A DNA stretch of 64,000 nucleotides, taken from the NCBI GenBank assembly GCA_010093705.1, contig MU006115.1, positions 1-64,000 of the forward strand. The letters are read 5' to 3'. Position 1 is the first letter of the stretch, and each line of letters begins with the position of its first letter. A program made the translations under genes and the position numbers. Shown here in pieces: positions 1 to 13,693 of this stretch. Source of the stretch: Patellaria atrata CBS 101060 (Eukaryota). The notes under the pieces were generated by a model, which was not told the origin of the DNA, made no database searches, and saw only the letters and a program-made list of their open reading frames with translations.

Positions 1-835
1 GCAGAATGATCCTAGGAGCCTGGATGCAAGCGATGAACCAGATCTCTGGGATCAACGTTACCAGTTATTATCAAACCTACATCTTTCTAAATACCTTAGG
101 AATTTCCATAATCCTCAGCCGCATATTGGCTGCAGCAGGGAGTGTCGACTACCTAGTGTTCGCATGTCTGGCGTACTTTGTCATCGAAAGGTACGGACGT
201 AGGAAAGTCATGATGTGCTCAGCATTTGCATGCTCAATGTGCTGGGTTGTTATTGCCATCGCAACTGCTCGATCAGAAATGGGCGGTGACAGTTACAAGC
301 TTGGTATCGTGGCTGTATCGTTCTTCTTCGTCTTCTGGGCAAGCTTCGGCATGGGTGTCCTTGGCGTTCCGTGGCTCTATCCGACAGAGATCAATGCGCT
401 GGAAATGAGAACAAAAGGCGCATCGCTAGCGATGGCCACTAATTGGATCATGGTAAGTGTCTGTTGATCCGAACCTAATGTACGTCATCTAATATTGTAA
501 TCAAGAATTATGCTGTCGTACAGGCAACTCTCCCTGGAGTTGAGAACCTACGTTGGAAGTTCTGGATCGTATGGGCTGTGATTTGCTTCTCTTTCATTCC
601 AATAACGTATTTCTTTTATCCTGAGACGGCGAACCGAACTCTAGAAGATATTGACCGCTTCTTCGAGACACATCCTGGTATTTTTATTCACAGGAACAAG
701 GTTGCGGTGCAGTTACACAGGCCGACCATGTACATTGAAGCTGAAGAGCGAATTGCAAGAGAAGAGGAAACGGTTCGAGAGAAAGAACGCAACATGAGCG
801 TTGGTATAGAACATGTTGACGAGAAGATGGTGTAG
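1..835 (+). CDS. MFS sugar porter family transporter, 3' part (truncated by window start); intron 453-505
   Basis: Sugar-porter motifs QAMNQISGIN, IERYGRRK, PWLYPTEI and YPETANRTLEDID. Intron GTAAGT(453)...CTAAT...AAG(505) joins the two ORFs in frame (NWIM|NYAVVQ). Stop TAG at 833-835. Confidence 0.93.
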
Positions 836-2939
836 TTCAGAAATAGGAGGACAAGGGTTGCTAAAGCAGGTTGCTTCGTATTAGGAAGAATATAGTTCGA
901 AAAGAACCAACCGCAGAAATTAAGCTTCAGGTGGTTTCTATATTTACACAAACATATTGTTACACTGCATTCTTCAGCCGTTATGTGCGTCAGATAACGT
1001 GAGGGTTCCAGCGAAGAGAACTGGAGGGAGATCCGCCGTATAGTGGCGTAGTAACACAAGCATGTCAAATGTCAAAATTGTACTGACAGCTGCCTCACCG
1101 GTCGAGAGCAACTTGATAGAAGGACGGTGACACAGAACACATGAAAGGAACGGAAATGAAGGAGTAATGCTGACATTTGAAGATATTACTTGCGAAATAG
1201 TAGATAGCCGAGGGGGGGGCGGGTGGCATTCGCTCCGCGCCGAAGCCATATTCGAATTACAGATCACCTAGACAACCCACACGTGTGGTAACCGACGGAA
1301 AGAAGAAGCCACATACAGTAGGTACTTCAAGCATGGAGGTAACGTATTGAGATGGTCAGCCTCTTGCCTTATCCGTGACGATCAAACAGCCACGTTCTGG
1401 AGAGTCAGTTCGAATAGAACGATTCCTGCAGATAGGGCGAGAGAAACTTGCAAGGGAACTCAATCAAGACATGCTTCAATGCTTCCGATTACGAAGACGG
1501 TGAGGGTGATTACTGAATGAGGAAAAACTGGTTGAGCTGAGGGGGGTTTTCTACCCCGTGTGTGATGAGGATGGCACGAGCAACAAGCTGCAAGGGAGTG
1601 ACTCGTTTTACAGAGGGGAACCACTGGTAAAACAGCTGGTATGCAGGTGAACGAAGAACGTAGGGGTTTGCGAGCTCTAAGATGGGCTTAAAGTAGACTT
1701 GGTGATGATGTTGTGGAGGGGAACATGGGGATGAGGTTGTCATTAGTGGTGGTAGAAGAAAAGCAGAGGTTCAAGGGTTGCGGTGGTTGACAAGGCGGGA
1801 CTTGGCACAAAACCCTAACCTTAACCGTTTCAAAAGCTCTGACACATTCTCAACGTCTCACCTTTAACTTACCCCAGCCTCCATTATTACCTTAGCCAAT
1901 CCACTCGTCAGCCGAGGAACGCCTCAGCTCACGATCAAAAGATTCGGGATACGATAAGGCGAGAGATCCTGAGACGTTACCCTTCTGGACGGTTTCGTCT
2001 TGCGAATGAGGTTTCTATCTCACCTAGCTGCGAACAGCATCCAGCCGACTTTCTGGGTGAACCTGGCGAGCATCGATGAAGATCATCTCGATGCCTAGCA
2101 TTTTGAAAGAGATAGCTATGGAAATGGGGTAATGACGAAGGGGGGGTCGAAATGAATACTCTAATCTAGAGACCAAGACTCAAAGACGATGCTGGACACT
2201 CCTATCACCTTCTACAGATGATGGCCTTATCCGGGCTCTACGACCATGGAGTCGGCATAGCTCCTCCGCCGTATGGCGTCTAGCCCTCCGGTAACTGTTC
2301 CACCATCTTCTCCCGTGAGAGGCGAGCACTTCTGTGGGATCTACCAAGCTTTGACCGTTGCAGATGCTTGTAGCCAAGACGCCTTTTGGGAATCAGGTCA
2401 AACCCACCTACTCGTTGCTTTGCTTCAATTACTCGGACTTGTCACCTTCTGCTTGAACATCATCTGCCATCCGATACATCATCCGTTCCCTCCATATATG
2501 CTTGAAGGCCCGCGTCCTGTTATTCCTCCCACCTTTGGCCTCGTCACTCTTTTGCACCTCGCCCGATACTGTCATTCATTTGTTCATTTGGGTGTGAGAA
2601 TCACTTTCTGCGCTGGAAGCGAAAGAATCTTTCCCCGTTCATTCATTTAATCAGTACTTTCCTTGCAGTTTTACCACCAGACACACATAGCTTAGACATA
2701 TCCGCAATTCCTTGATCCATATCAAGAGAATTCATCTGTCTCTGCCTGATTTCGTATGTTGTCCCACCTGTGCTTGTCCCTTGCCTGCTTTGATAGTCAA
2801 GCAATACTACTTACAGTATACCTTCGCCACCCATCACGCGTTCACACATGTCATGCCTTATGGTTATATACTAACATGTATATGCAGATTTGTTCTAACG
2901 AGGTGCACAACAACACAAAGAATACACTCAAAGGCTAGA

Positions 2940-5047
2940 ATGGAATTCCAGGCCATGCAACAGTCCGTTATCTCCTTATCATGGTCACGTCCAAGCCTGA
3001 ACACTAACGATATCCGTAGGTATGGACCTCGGCCATCATCTAATAGATCATACGCTGTTATACAGCATCCCTCTCGCCATGCGACCCAGATAATGTTCCC
3101 ATATGGAACTCTCCCACAGAGCACGCAAGCTCATCAAATGGCGCAGAGCACACCCACGTCTGTTCCGGCGCAGTCAATGGGCACATGGACTATGCCGGCT
3201 CATACCTTTCTGGTCCCTCAAAAGACCAATACATCCTCCATCGGACTTCATCCTTTGCAAAGCCATCCCGTGCAGACACAAAGCCTTGATACTCCTCCAA
3301 CACCTACCCCGCACTCATCCAACATGAACACTCAACCTTTCCCGGCCTTCGAAGTGCACGAGACCACCTCACCGACAGATTTCTTCCCTCGTCTAGTGAT
3401 AGACAGTAAGTGTTCTGTTCTCGATACGTGCGCTAAGCTAACTATCGTATCAGATTCATGGGGTCAAAAGGTGTGCGATGAGTTGAACTTCTCAAACTTT
3501 GATTCAGACGTCTCAGAGCTCTCTCATTCATACATGAACAATGATGAGAATACGCCTATCATTGACTTGCGACAGTACTCTCAGCCCGAGCAAGTTGACA
3601 ATGATAGTACAGCGCTGGCAAAGGCAAATCGCCGGTTGTCGGAATCAGAGTCTTCCTACTCGATGTCAAGTACAGGCGGAATACCCGAGATGCCTACTTA
3701 CGAGGAACTAGCAACTTCTGAAGGTCTCTCATACAATTCTGATATGGACGGCTGGGGAACTTCGGAACCAAGCTCGACAATGTTCTCTCCACTTGCATCT
3801 CCCAGACGGTCCCACCATGACGTTATCAGAAATAGGAGCTCACGCGCCTCACCTGCACCTCATTCAGCCAAGCGTGCCTCTCCATACACGCTAGATGGTA
3901 ATCGTGGCAAGAGATGGTCTGCTCCAAGTTCCCAGATCACTTCGGGGTCTCGCAACATCGCCCAAACTGCGGACCGTTTTGCTACCTACGCTCATCGATT
4001 AAATGCCCATCATTCTCTCCCCGCATATCCACTCAATACCATCCCTTCCTATCAAGCGCAAACACAGAACATGCTCTTCCCACATTCGCATCAATTGCAG
4101 AGTACACCCACAACACTTTTCTCGTCCCCAGAACAGCCGTTCCATCTAGAAGTCCCACGCCCTGTTCCTTCACAAGGACTATTCCGCCTCCTCCAGAGCA
4201 ATGCTGATAAACTTACCGGATGCTCTTCACACTTTGCCGATATGTCCGACCCACCAGATCTTTATTCATCCTTGCACGAAACACCCTCAGATCCTCCAGA
4301 GGAAGACATGCATCCGTCTGATCCGGATCTGATCCCACATGAGCAAGATCTACGGTTTTCCGGTGATCTGTATACACCCAAATGGGTCCGTGGACATGGC
4401 AACAAGCGTGAAGGATGGTGTGGGCTTTGCAAACCTGGACGCTGGCTTGTACTCAAGAATAGCGCTTTCTGGTATGACAAGTCCTTCACGCATGGGGTGA
4501 GTGCAGCTACAGGTGCAGCTTTTCAAGGACCTCAAGACACAAGACGCACAGAAGGAAACTTAGACGTATGGGAGGGACTTTGTGGTAGCTGTGGTGACTG
4601 GATAGCTCTCGTTAGTAGTAAGAAGAAGGGTACCACGTGGTTTAGACATGCATATAAGGTAACAGACATCACTTCAACATATCACTACTTTGCTAACGTA
4701 CTTTGTAGTGCCACACCCATCCAAAGGTCAAAGATGGTCCAAAACGTCGAAGAGAGACAAGCCATACCCTTCGAGCTCGTGCCCTGTCCTCAGCATCTGC
4801 TGCATCTTCAAGCTTCCCCGTCAAGGAGCCCGTACGAGACATCGGAGTTACTTCGCTGGCTTCTACAGGTGATCTAGCAACAATGACGATGCACAAGGAT
4901 GTATCATCTACATCTTTATCTGAAACTGCTCATCCAGCTAAAAGGATCAAATCAGAAGCGTCAACCGACGACAGGCTTTCAGCACATTCCAACGTGAGCA
5001 ATGTCAAGACTATTTCGCCACTGAGCAGTCTGGCAGGCTTGATTTGA
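2940..5047 (+). CDS. DUF4451 / Rua1-Meu26-like putative transcription regulator; introns 3406-3453 and 4659-4708
   Basis: C-terminal domain DLYTPKWVRGHGNKREGWCGLC...WLVLKNSAFWYD...EGLCGSC...WFRHAYK|CH. Splicing 4659-4708 gives an open frame to TGA 5045-5047. Start codon uncertain (2940 chosen). Confidence 0.85.
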
Positions 5048-6655
5048 TCGAAAAGTTGGCTCTTATCCTTTCAAGGATTTACATGCTCGCTAGTTATTAC
5101 ATGCTCAGAACAACTAGAAGCAGCAGAACAGCACTTCCCAGCACTCGATGGAGAAGATAGCGCAATTGTTGAAGTACCGAAATCTGTCTGCATACCCCGA
5201 AAACAATACCCTTCTCTTTCTTTTTTATGTATTTATTATTTTCCGCTCTTTATTGTTTTCCACTTTGGGTTTGGGGTCTACGTACAGATGTGCGATTTCG
5301 GCACTCATGAAGTTACGGTCTTCTCACATCACAATATGGGATATGCATTGTAGCGAATTGTGGAGCCCTTCTTGACACGGCGCATGGCGCGGATTGGGGT
5401 TGGGGTTGGATGCATCTGCTCAGCGTTCTCAGTTCTCTACACCGATTTCCATCTGGTTTCAGCGGCGTTTCATATCTTCACTTCTACCCACACAGCGTCC
5501 CCGATTACATTTTATCCGGGATGACTGCTTTTTACCCACTCTCCTTACTCGACCTGTCTCAACGATAGGTCGGGACGAGTATTTTTGGTTGGACGATTTG
5601 GAATTCTGAGATCAAAAGGGGCGACGATGACGGATCTTGTCGCGACGAGTTAGCAAAGTAGATAGACTATAGAGCACAATTCTCTGAAACATTAGCTTGT
5701 TGCGCTAAATTACCCTTGTGGTTAACTTTGGTCTAGATTAATTTAATTTCCAGTCCAACTCCAACAGATAAAACCGGTCGTGCCGCTCCCATCTCTTGTT
5801 AACTGACGCCTTTATAGGCTCGATACCCCCGCGGAGCACCGAAGATCACGCCGACACGCACGTGATTCAGGCCCCTCGCGTTGACCTGAAGCGACAACGC
5901 GACTACCCGTCCAAGGCTCAGCGACAAAAGTCGTAGGACTGCAAACCACCCAAATTCAATGAGAGCACAAAATATGCCTTCGGTTTGAACAGAATATTCT
6001 CTACCACAACAAATCTTAATAAGCTTAAAAGGGAGTAAGAGTATTCTTCTCCACTAGGAGAATGTTACGTACTATTTAGATTTGTGATTATTCCTCTTGG
6101 ATATGTCAAATCTTATTGTTAAAGTGGACTTTTCTCGCCGAGCCTTGGTCCTTCTGTCAACTCGACACCACAGACACCAAGTCGAAGGCTAGAATACTTG
6201 TCATCCAGTCGTCAAGTCTTCAAGTATGGCTCCCGTAATTATAGAGTACCAGAGAGTAGTTACGAGAATGAGGTACTGCTACTCTATTACACTGAATCTA
6301 TGTACAGTACACCCAGAATAAGGTATCTATATAACGATGATTGAGACATAGGGCACTTGGACGCTTGTATGAATCTCTTCATAGACATCCGTTTACGAAA
6401 TATACTAAGGTTGATGACGACATTCGTTTTCTGCAAATTACATCATGCGCCCCTCACCATTGTTCGCCCTTAATCCGGGCAGGCATGGGACTCGATTATA
6501 AATCATGGTGGATTGGAAATGCAGGCTCCGCTTTCTCGTATAAAGAAGTCAACCCCATTAACTCAGTATCATAGCACTAGATAAGATCCCAAAATCTGAC
6601 CTGTTAGAAGGCATTAAGGACAAAAGACTAGGTCTAAGTTAAATCAAGCATCAAA

Positions 6656-7504
6656 ATGGCAGAACCTCAACCAGATATCACTCTCTATACGAGTAGGTCC
6701 ATACTCATCCGATACATTTCTTCCAGTCGAGCGCTCCAGATTCTCCACATCATCTCTAGTAAATTGGAACACACACCCTAACACTCCATAGCTCAAACCC
6801 CAAATGGCGTCAAGATTTCCATTCTTCTCGAGGAGCTCGGTCTTCCCTATAAAGTGCACAAAATCGACATAACAAAAGACGTGCAAAAAGAGCCCTGGTT
6901 CCTCGCCATCAACCCGAACGGCCGCATTCCGGCTCTAACCGACACGTTCACTGACGGCAAGGCCATCAATCTATTTGAATCTGGCTCTATAATGCAGTAC
7001 CTCGTCTCTCGCTACGATCCCGAACACAAGGTCTCGTTCCCCGCGGGGTCGAGAGAGAGCTATGAGGTCAATAATTGGTTGTTCTTTCAGAATGCGGGTT
7101 TGGGGCCGATGCAAGGCCAAGCAAACCATTTCAACCGCTACGCACCAGAGCGAATCGAATACGGTGTTAACCGCTACGTGAACGAAACCAGACGTCTCTA
7201 CCGTGTCCTGGATACGCATCTCAAGGACGGCGATAAGCAGTATCTCGTCGGCAACAAGTGCACGATTGCCGACATTGCGCATTTCGGTTGGATCAACATG
7301 GCGGCATGGTCTGGTGTTGAGATTGACGAGTTCCCGACGCTGAAGGCGTGGAAGGAACGCATGTTGGAGAGAGAAGGCGTAAAGAAGGGAAAGGATGTGC
7401 CGGAGCCGACAAAGATGAATCTGACCAAGGAGGAAATGGAGAAGAAGGCGGCGGAGACGAGGGCGTGGATTCAGAAGGGGATGAAGGACACGGCGCAGAA
7501 GTGA
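6656..7504 (+). CDS. Glutathione S-transferase, Ure2p-like class; intron 6693-6791
   Basis: Spliced N-terminus MAEPQPDITLYTTQTPNGVKISILLEELG; motifs INPNGRIPAL, LFESGSI, GPMQGQANHF, TIADIA. Confidence 0.93.
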
Positions 7505-8618
7505 GTGACGTAGGAAAGGACTAGAATACGGGGATGAATATTAATAAGTAGATAGTAAGTTGTAGACCCAACTCTGAGTCAGAACATATTACCCCTGAAT
7601 GATAATATCTTTACTTATGGACTACCGCTTTGGGTGATCTGTTTACCTTGGCGATAGACGTTTGACAAAAGTTAGGCCCCCTGTAGATTTCCCTATTAGG
7701 ATATCTATTTACAACAGCACCCTACCGCTATTGGTCCTACACGCGCTTACCACGTGCCACCCCTACCAATCACATCAGTCATAAATGCTATCTTACTACC
7801 TATCTAGGTAATCTGTTATTGGTCTCTCCTTTGGATACTGTTTTGCCCCAGACTACAAACCCAACGCGTGAAAGACGCGTTCGCACCGACTACCATTTTA
7901 GGCAGTCTATTTATAAAATCTGCCCCTATCACATGTCAAGTATTCACCTACGTGGTACCTCTACCTACCCTGCAACAAGCTTCGCTAAGCGTGACCGCAC
8001 GTTAGAACCCGTTCGACTGTCTTGCGTGTGCGAATATAACCCGTCTCCTTAGCCGAATAAATTGTAGGTTTTTCTCGAACGCGTCTACATACCCGGACAT
8101 CGAGTCCTAGACACTTTCACATGCAATATAGAGCAACAACCATCAATATGACGAATTTTTGCAGTTTTCTCTCTCGCTCGGTTCGTCACATTGAAACCGG
8201 TTCGGAGAGTCCAACCCGTCCTGTTCCTTCACGCACGCCGTCACGGCGTTCGATATCAGAAACGTCGATCGACAACTTTGCGAATTAGCGTATTCCCTTC
8301 CCAGGAGCACTCCAAATCCATATCCTACCTTAGATGGCTCGCTCCACTGTGACTCTCACCTTTTTCAATAAGTTCACCCAGAGCTGTGCTTTGATGGAGA
8401 GTGGATTCATTTCAAGTTATGATGACTTAGACTTTACTAAATCCATGATGCAAATTATGTATATTCATTCTTCGGAGCCACTTTCGCTCTCACGGGTCTG
8501 AACCCCCTATCCGTACAGTACAATGAAGATGACTCCGAACTCCTCTCAGCATCCGACTAGTTCAAATTGACCCAGACAAAGAGTATGAACCGTAGACACC
8601 GGACTCGATTCGATTACT

Positions 8619-9257
8619 CTAGACAGAAACCATGAAAGGCATGATACTAGCCACCGCGGCACCAAGCATAATAGCACCCCTCACATACGCTCCTGTCATC
8701 CACTCCTTCTGAACGCCCCTAAACTCCTTCTCCTCGCTCGCAAACTCCTGTCCCTTATAGGCCCTCTCATCCATCGACTTCGCCAACCTCTTCAGCGGAG
8801 TATTGTACTTTGGCGCCATGAATCCCAAGGTCCAGACGGTCGTCGCGAGATTGAGGCTGGCGGCCGCGATATAGTACTTGAGTTTCTCGGCAGCGAGGGG
8901 AGATGCGGAAGAGTAGCGCATGGCGAAGCCGGTGAGGATGAGGTTCGACAGAGTGGCCATCGCGTTGATCTTGGGGAACCAGAACTCGCTGTCTGCGAGA
9001 AGGCGGATGACTTGGGTGCCTTGGTACTGGATGGGGATGTTCACGGAGGGGCCTAAGAGAGGCATCACCATCAGGGGTTGGAAGAGGGACCCGCCTGTTG
9101 GAATATCGTCAGCACCTTGGTCTGCTACCTAGAACTGGGTACAGGGAGGGGGCTTTTTTATGAAGTTTAGGTGAAACCTACCGCAATTGACGGCTGACGC
9201 GATGGTCGCTACGGCTTGAAGAGGCGTGAAAAACCACTGGCACACCGGATTCGCCAT
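8619..9257 (-). CDS. Small multi-pass membrane protein, DUF1772/anthrone oxygenase-like; intron 9095-9181
   Basis: ATG 9257 (MANPVCQWFFTPLQAVATIASAVNCG) splices GTAGGT...CAG into the 150-aa ORF. About four hydrophobic segments, a W-T...P..N..L pattern and a C-terminal W.....R. Confidence 0.65.
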
Positions 9258-12200
9258 TATTACGAACTTTCAAGCTGAATTTCAGTTGTATGAGGTTGCC
9301 GTTTGCTGTGAGATGAAGGTTCCTAAGCTATAAGCTAGAGGAGAGAGTGGTGTGTGTTTTGCGTTACCTGGGCTTCGTGATGTGCTTTTAAATGTTAGAA
9401 CTTCGGGTTTGGTGGGGCCGACTGGTGCCTTCCACGATGATATTGATCTACAGTTAGCGGCGATCTTCGAGGAATTTTAGATCAGAAAGGGTAGGGGCTC
9501 GTTGGGGTGCCCAAGATGTGGGGTCGCTTTGGGTGCGGATCGCCAGTCTGTGCTGTTGGCGCGCTTCGGGTCAAATGGCTCAGGAGCCGGAGCCGAGACA
9601 AGTGGGTCTTAAGTTGACGGGATGTTTGTGAACGTCAGGTCTCTTGTGTGTCTTGACTCCATATATAATGGAGAGGATTTTCTGTCCGGCCCGGCCCGTA
9701 GTCGTTCCAATATAAATTTGTTTTCGTTTGCTAAATCAGATGGTCATCATGCTACGCAACGGTGATAGCCACAGAGAATATAATAGTTGCAGGGAAATGT
9801 TGTCGGCTTACTCTTTAAGCATCCTCTTCTGGATCCCTAATGTAGCTTCCCGAAGGCTTCCGAATGACAGCATGCATTTCCGTATTATCATTCTTTCGTC
9901 ATCCCATGATGCTGTCAGACGGTGTGAGCCTGCTGTGGCATCCGATAGCCCTGTTGATGTACTGTACTGTACAACGTCCCTTCGACATGTAAGCCGCCGG
10001 GAACATCAGTATTGTAACTCCAGCTATATTGATACTCACTCTAAGAATTTAGAGTTTTTAGTTATGTATACATCTATCGAAATTTTTTCTAAGCTAATCT
10101 GCTTTGATACCATTCCCTGCTATAGCATTTCTACACACGTTAAACCTACTAATCAAAACTCCATACCACCCCTTGCACATTTAGTAGCTACCATAAGGCA
10201 GTTCATGAGGGACAGGGTCGATGGAAGAAGAAAGAGTGTCGAATATTCATACAACAAAAAAGTGAACCGGGAAACGAACGGGATACCTCTATTTGCCATC
10301 GGATAGCTCACTCAGGCCCAAAAGTCATCATGATGCGCTCCTCAGTTATTAATATGTCCGTAGACGTCTATTCTTACCGTTAGCTCATCAATAGCTTCAT
10401 CATACCGTACACTATAAATAGAAGTTTAATTTCTTTTCCAAAGGAAGCATAGAGCACGGAGTACAGATGAACAAATCGTGATGATTTCTTTCTAGTAGTA
10501 CTCTACAGTACAATATCTCTGACTCTTGATTGTTCGCTTGTCACTTAACTCATATGCTCACTATCACGCCGATGCATTCCCTGTCACGGTTGGCTTCCTG
10601 CCATCTTTGTAGGCTTGTTAAACCAGTACTGGTAGTGTATTTTGCCCAGACTATTGGAGGACTTTCACTACCAGCACGGCCATATCTCATATACAGTTGA
10701 GACCACTCTGTATAGTCTCCCCTCTCCTTCGCAATAGTTAGGGCGCCTTAAGAGACTAGATGCCACAGCATCCAACATATCTCTGTAATTTTTTCTAACC
10801 GCAAATTTTCCCTTGAGAGGGACACTTCAATTTTTCGTCGAACGGTTGGTAAATGCAGCAAATATGAGACGGAGAAGACTCGGAGACTAGAGATAGAATG
10901 AACTGTTGGGTGGAAGGCATGAGTGATTGCTATATTGAAAGATCTGATGCCTTCGAAGAGAGCTCTATACTTTCGCTAGATACGGCTTATAAGGGCGATT
11001 CCGCGTTGCCACGTGACCGTAGGTAGCGGCCGCACCTGCCAAACAGAAAAACCAAGAGTTAAAGCTGCAAGTCACATGCAATATTTGGAAAGAAGTTTTC
11101 CATCGAATCCTAGGAGTATACCTGAGTAGGCAGATACCTCGTCTATATGTAGTGCCGTTACCGAACGACATCACTTCGATACAGACTATCATCGTTTCGG
11201 CGGTGGGAACTGTCTGTTTTTTTGTATTTAATTCTCTTTATTACGTTTGATATTTTACTCTTAGTTCCTTTTTTTTTTTAATCTTGCTGGATGAGGTTGT
11301 GGTGGGCGTAGTTATTTTCTCGTCCTCCTCAGGAGAGTTGAAATAGATACTGCAAAGTTGGCCAAACTAAGAATTTAAGTAGGTTCAATAAAGTGGAGTT
11401 ATGACAAAGCAAAAATGCATGCATCTTCAGATTAGGTGAGATATGGAATCATACATGTAAATGTGGATATACAATGTTCTTGCTCCAACAGCAACAGGCA
11501 ATCGAATACCTTGCCAGTTCATATATTTCTAACCCATAGTGACACAGCTCATCCAATCTCTCTTGTTTTTATCTTACTTAGTATCGGCTTTAAACACCTG
11601 TCTCATGTTCATTACTTATTTTTGGCTTCTTTACGTACACCAAAGTTAGACACAGCTGAATGAAGTGGCGTACAAAGGGGGCGGAGATACAGACTTAAAT
11701 TATACCAAGTTCTTAAGATATATCCTCGCTATTCCGTTCTTCTGTTATACATCTAATAATCTAACTGGAGTGAGGTGTCCACGCACCTACCGCAGTGATA
11801 TGTATATTGATTAGAAAAGTAGAAGAGAGATGCGTCTCCTTTACATTATTATCATGTATTGAAGCAATAAGCTCCCCTTTTCCATTTTCCCAAACAGAGC
11901 ATTGAGTTGTCTTTCTCCCTTCATCATCTAGTTTGTACTTCTGCCTTCCTCATTAAATGCCCTCGGTCCCCGTTCAGGGACGTTGTCTAACACTATATAG
12001 GCGTTCAACGCATGTCAACTGTTCAGTTTCTATGGTAACTGACACTCAAATGCTCAGGACTAGCCTTATTCTAAGTCCGCTAGATTTTTTGATCCCAATA
12101 TAGAAATTTGCTGAACACCGGAAAAATGTTAGGTCTCGAGTGCAGGTGTGAGTTGATCTTTTTATCCTCCATTAGAGATTCACTATTGCAACTTCTCATC

Positions 12201-13693
12201 TTTTTTGAATAATGGCTTTGTCCACTCTCGATGATTGGGTGCATATGAGTCTCTTCCAGAGGACATGGAGTGGTGAAGAATAGGTGTAATCGACCTAACT
12301 GTGCTTGACAAGAAACCCAATATTAGTATTGAGGTGCCCAGAATTGTGAATAGAGTCCCTTGTGACGATATAATGTCTTACCAAGAAGGTGACCTATATC
12401 CTAGAAAGCGCTAAACATAGACTGTCTACCTATCAATTTCCGAACTACGTTTTTCTAGAACTTGTTCCCTACCTCAGACAGTCGATAGTCTCGGGTCATC
12501 ATCAGTGATCCACATCTCTCCATATCGACCGTAGTATCGACACCAGCTCCCGGGAACCTTACACAATGTATCCTGTCCCACGATCCCCTTTATTGGTACA
12601 CTCCACCGGAGCCTGACGAGCCTATTAACACAGAACGTGCAGCATGGCTCGAAGCAGCGGAAGCTCCCTACGTGAGCAGGCAATTCACCAGAGGAGCATC
12701 GGAGCATCACCTTTCGTGTATTGGGCCATGAATATCCAAGAGAAACTGGTGAGTGATCTCCCCCTTCATCAGCGAACCAAGCCAGACTTTCCCAGCTGGA
12801 ATTACTACTACATTCCAGCCTCGTGATTTTGATGCCATATCCCGTGAACTAGGCCCTGATGTTGCGCTCTAGTCAACGCCGCTGTGGGCTCCCCTCATCA
12901 GCGCAGATGGGAAGGAGAAGGAATGGTTCGTCATCTACCGCCTGGAGTACGCCACGGTAGGTAAGTATATCTGGGAGCATGTCATTGCGAACAACAGTGG
13001 GTCCTCACCCCTAGTAGGTTCCTGAAGGGTGAGATGCTGATTGATAGCAGCCACTTGGCTCCCCAACGAGGTTGCTATCTTCCCTGAAGACAAGACCAAG
13101 TCACCAAGGAAAGGAGACCGGTAAGCTGGAGCGTTTTCCTATTTGTACTGAGAAGTCATCACTGATACTCTCTAGGCTCTCAGTGCGAGCTCCCCACCCG
13201 ATAGAAATCCAGACCCTAGAGGAGAGGATGGAGGAGACGGAGAAGCAGGAGTGCGATAGACTGCTCGTGGGACCAGTCTTGGATGAAGATGATTGGCTCT
13301 GGGTGGAGAACATAATGGCATGGTCTTCGTGAGAGTGGTGTGTGGCATGAGTTGCGGGTCCCCGACCAACAATCAAGTTCCATTTGAATTTAGGTTGGGC
13401 TCCGAAAGGAGAAATAGTTGTATCGATATCCTGGGAATCACTGATTCAGTTATTAGTTGGATGTCATTTGCTGGGTAGGATTACAGTAAACTTGCCTATC
13501 ATATAGTATGGAATAGTTCTTCTTGTATGTTCATATTTATCCTATGTGGGATAGGAAGAACCAAACATAGAACCATTCCACCCAAAATCTCTTTGCTCAT
13601 TCGTCTACCTGGGTATATTACGCAAAGTGACATCCAAAGCGCCATCACTAATATTTTATTGACATATGTAAAAGCAACTCAGGCCAAATTAGT

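Noticed and set aside
1809..1826. AACCCTAACCTTAACC as a telomerase RNA template or telomere remnant
   Set aside because: No downstream U-rich/A-rich pseudoknot is visible, and short telomere-like motifs are common in fungal promoters.
1560..1845. C/D box snoRNA from GTGATGA...CTGA matches
   Set aside because: No terminal stem or recognisable rRNA-complementary guide; purine-rich low-complexity context.
2712..2939. N-terminal part of the 721-aa ORF as coding
   Set aside because: TTG start, and it spans a GTATGT(2754)...CTAAC...CAG(2888) intron, so it is more likely 5' UTR.
9728..10306. 192-aa ORF with TTG start
   Set aside because: No recognisable domain and no coding-like composition.
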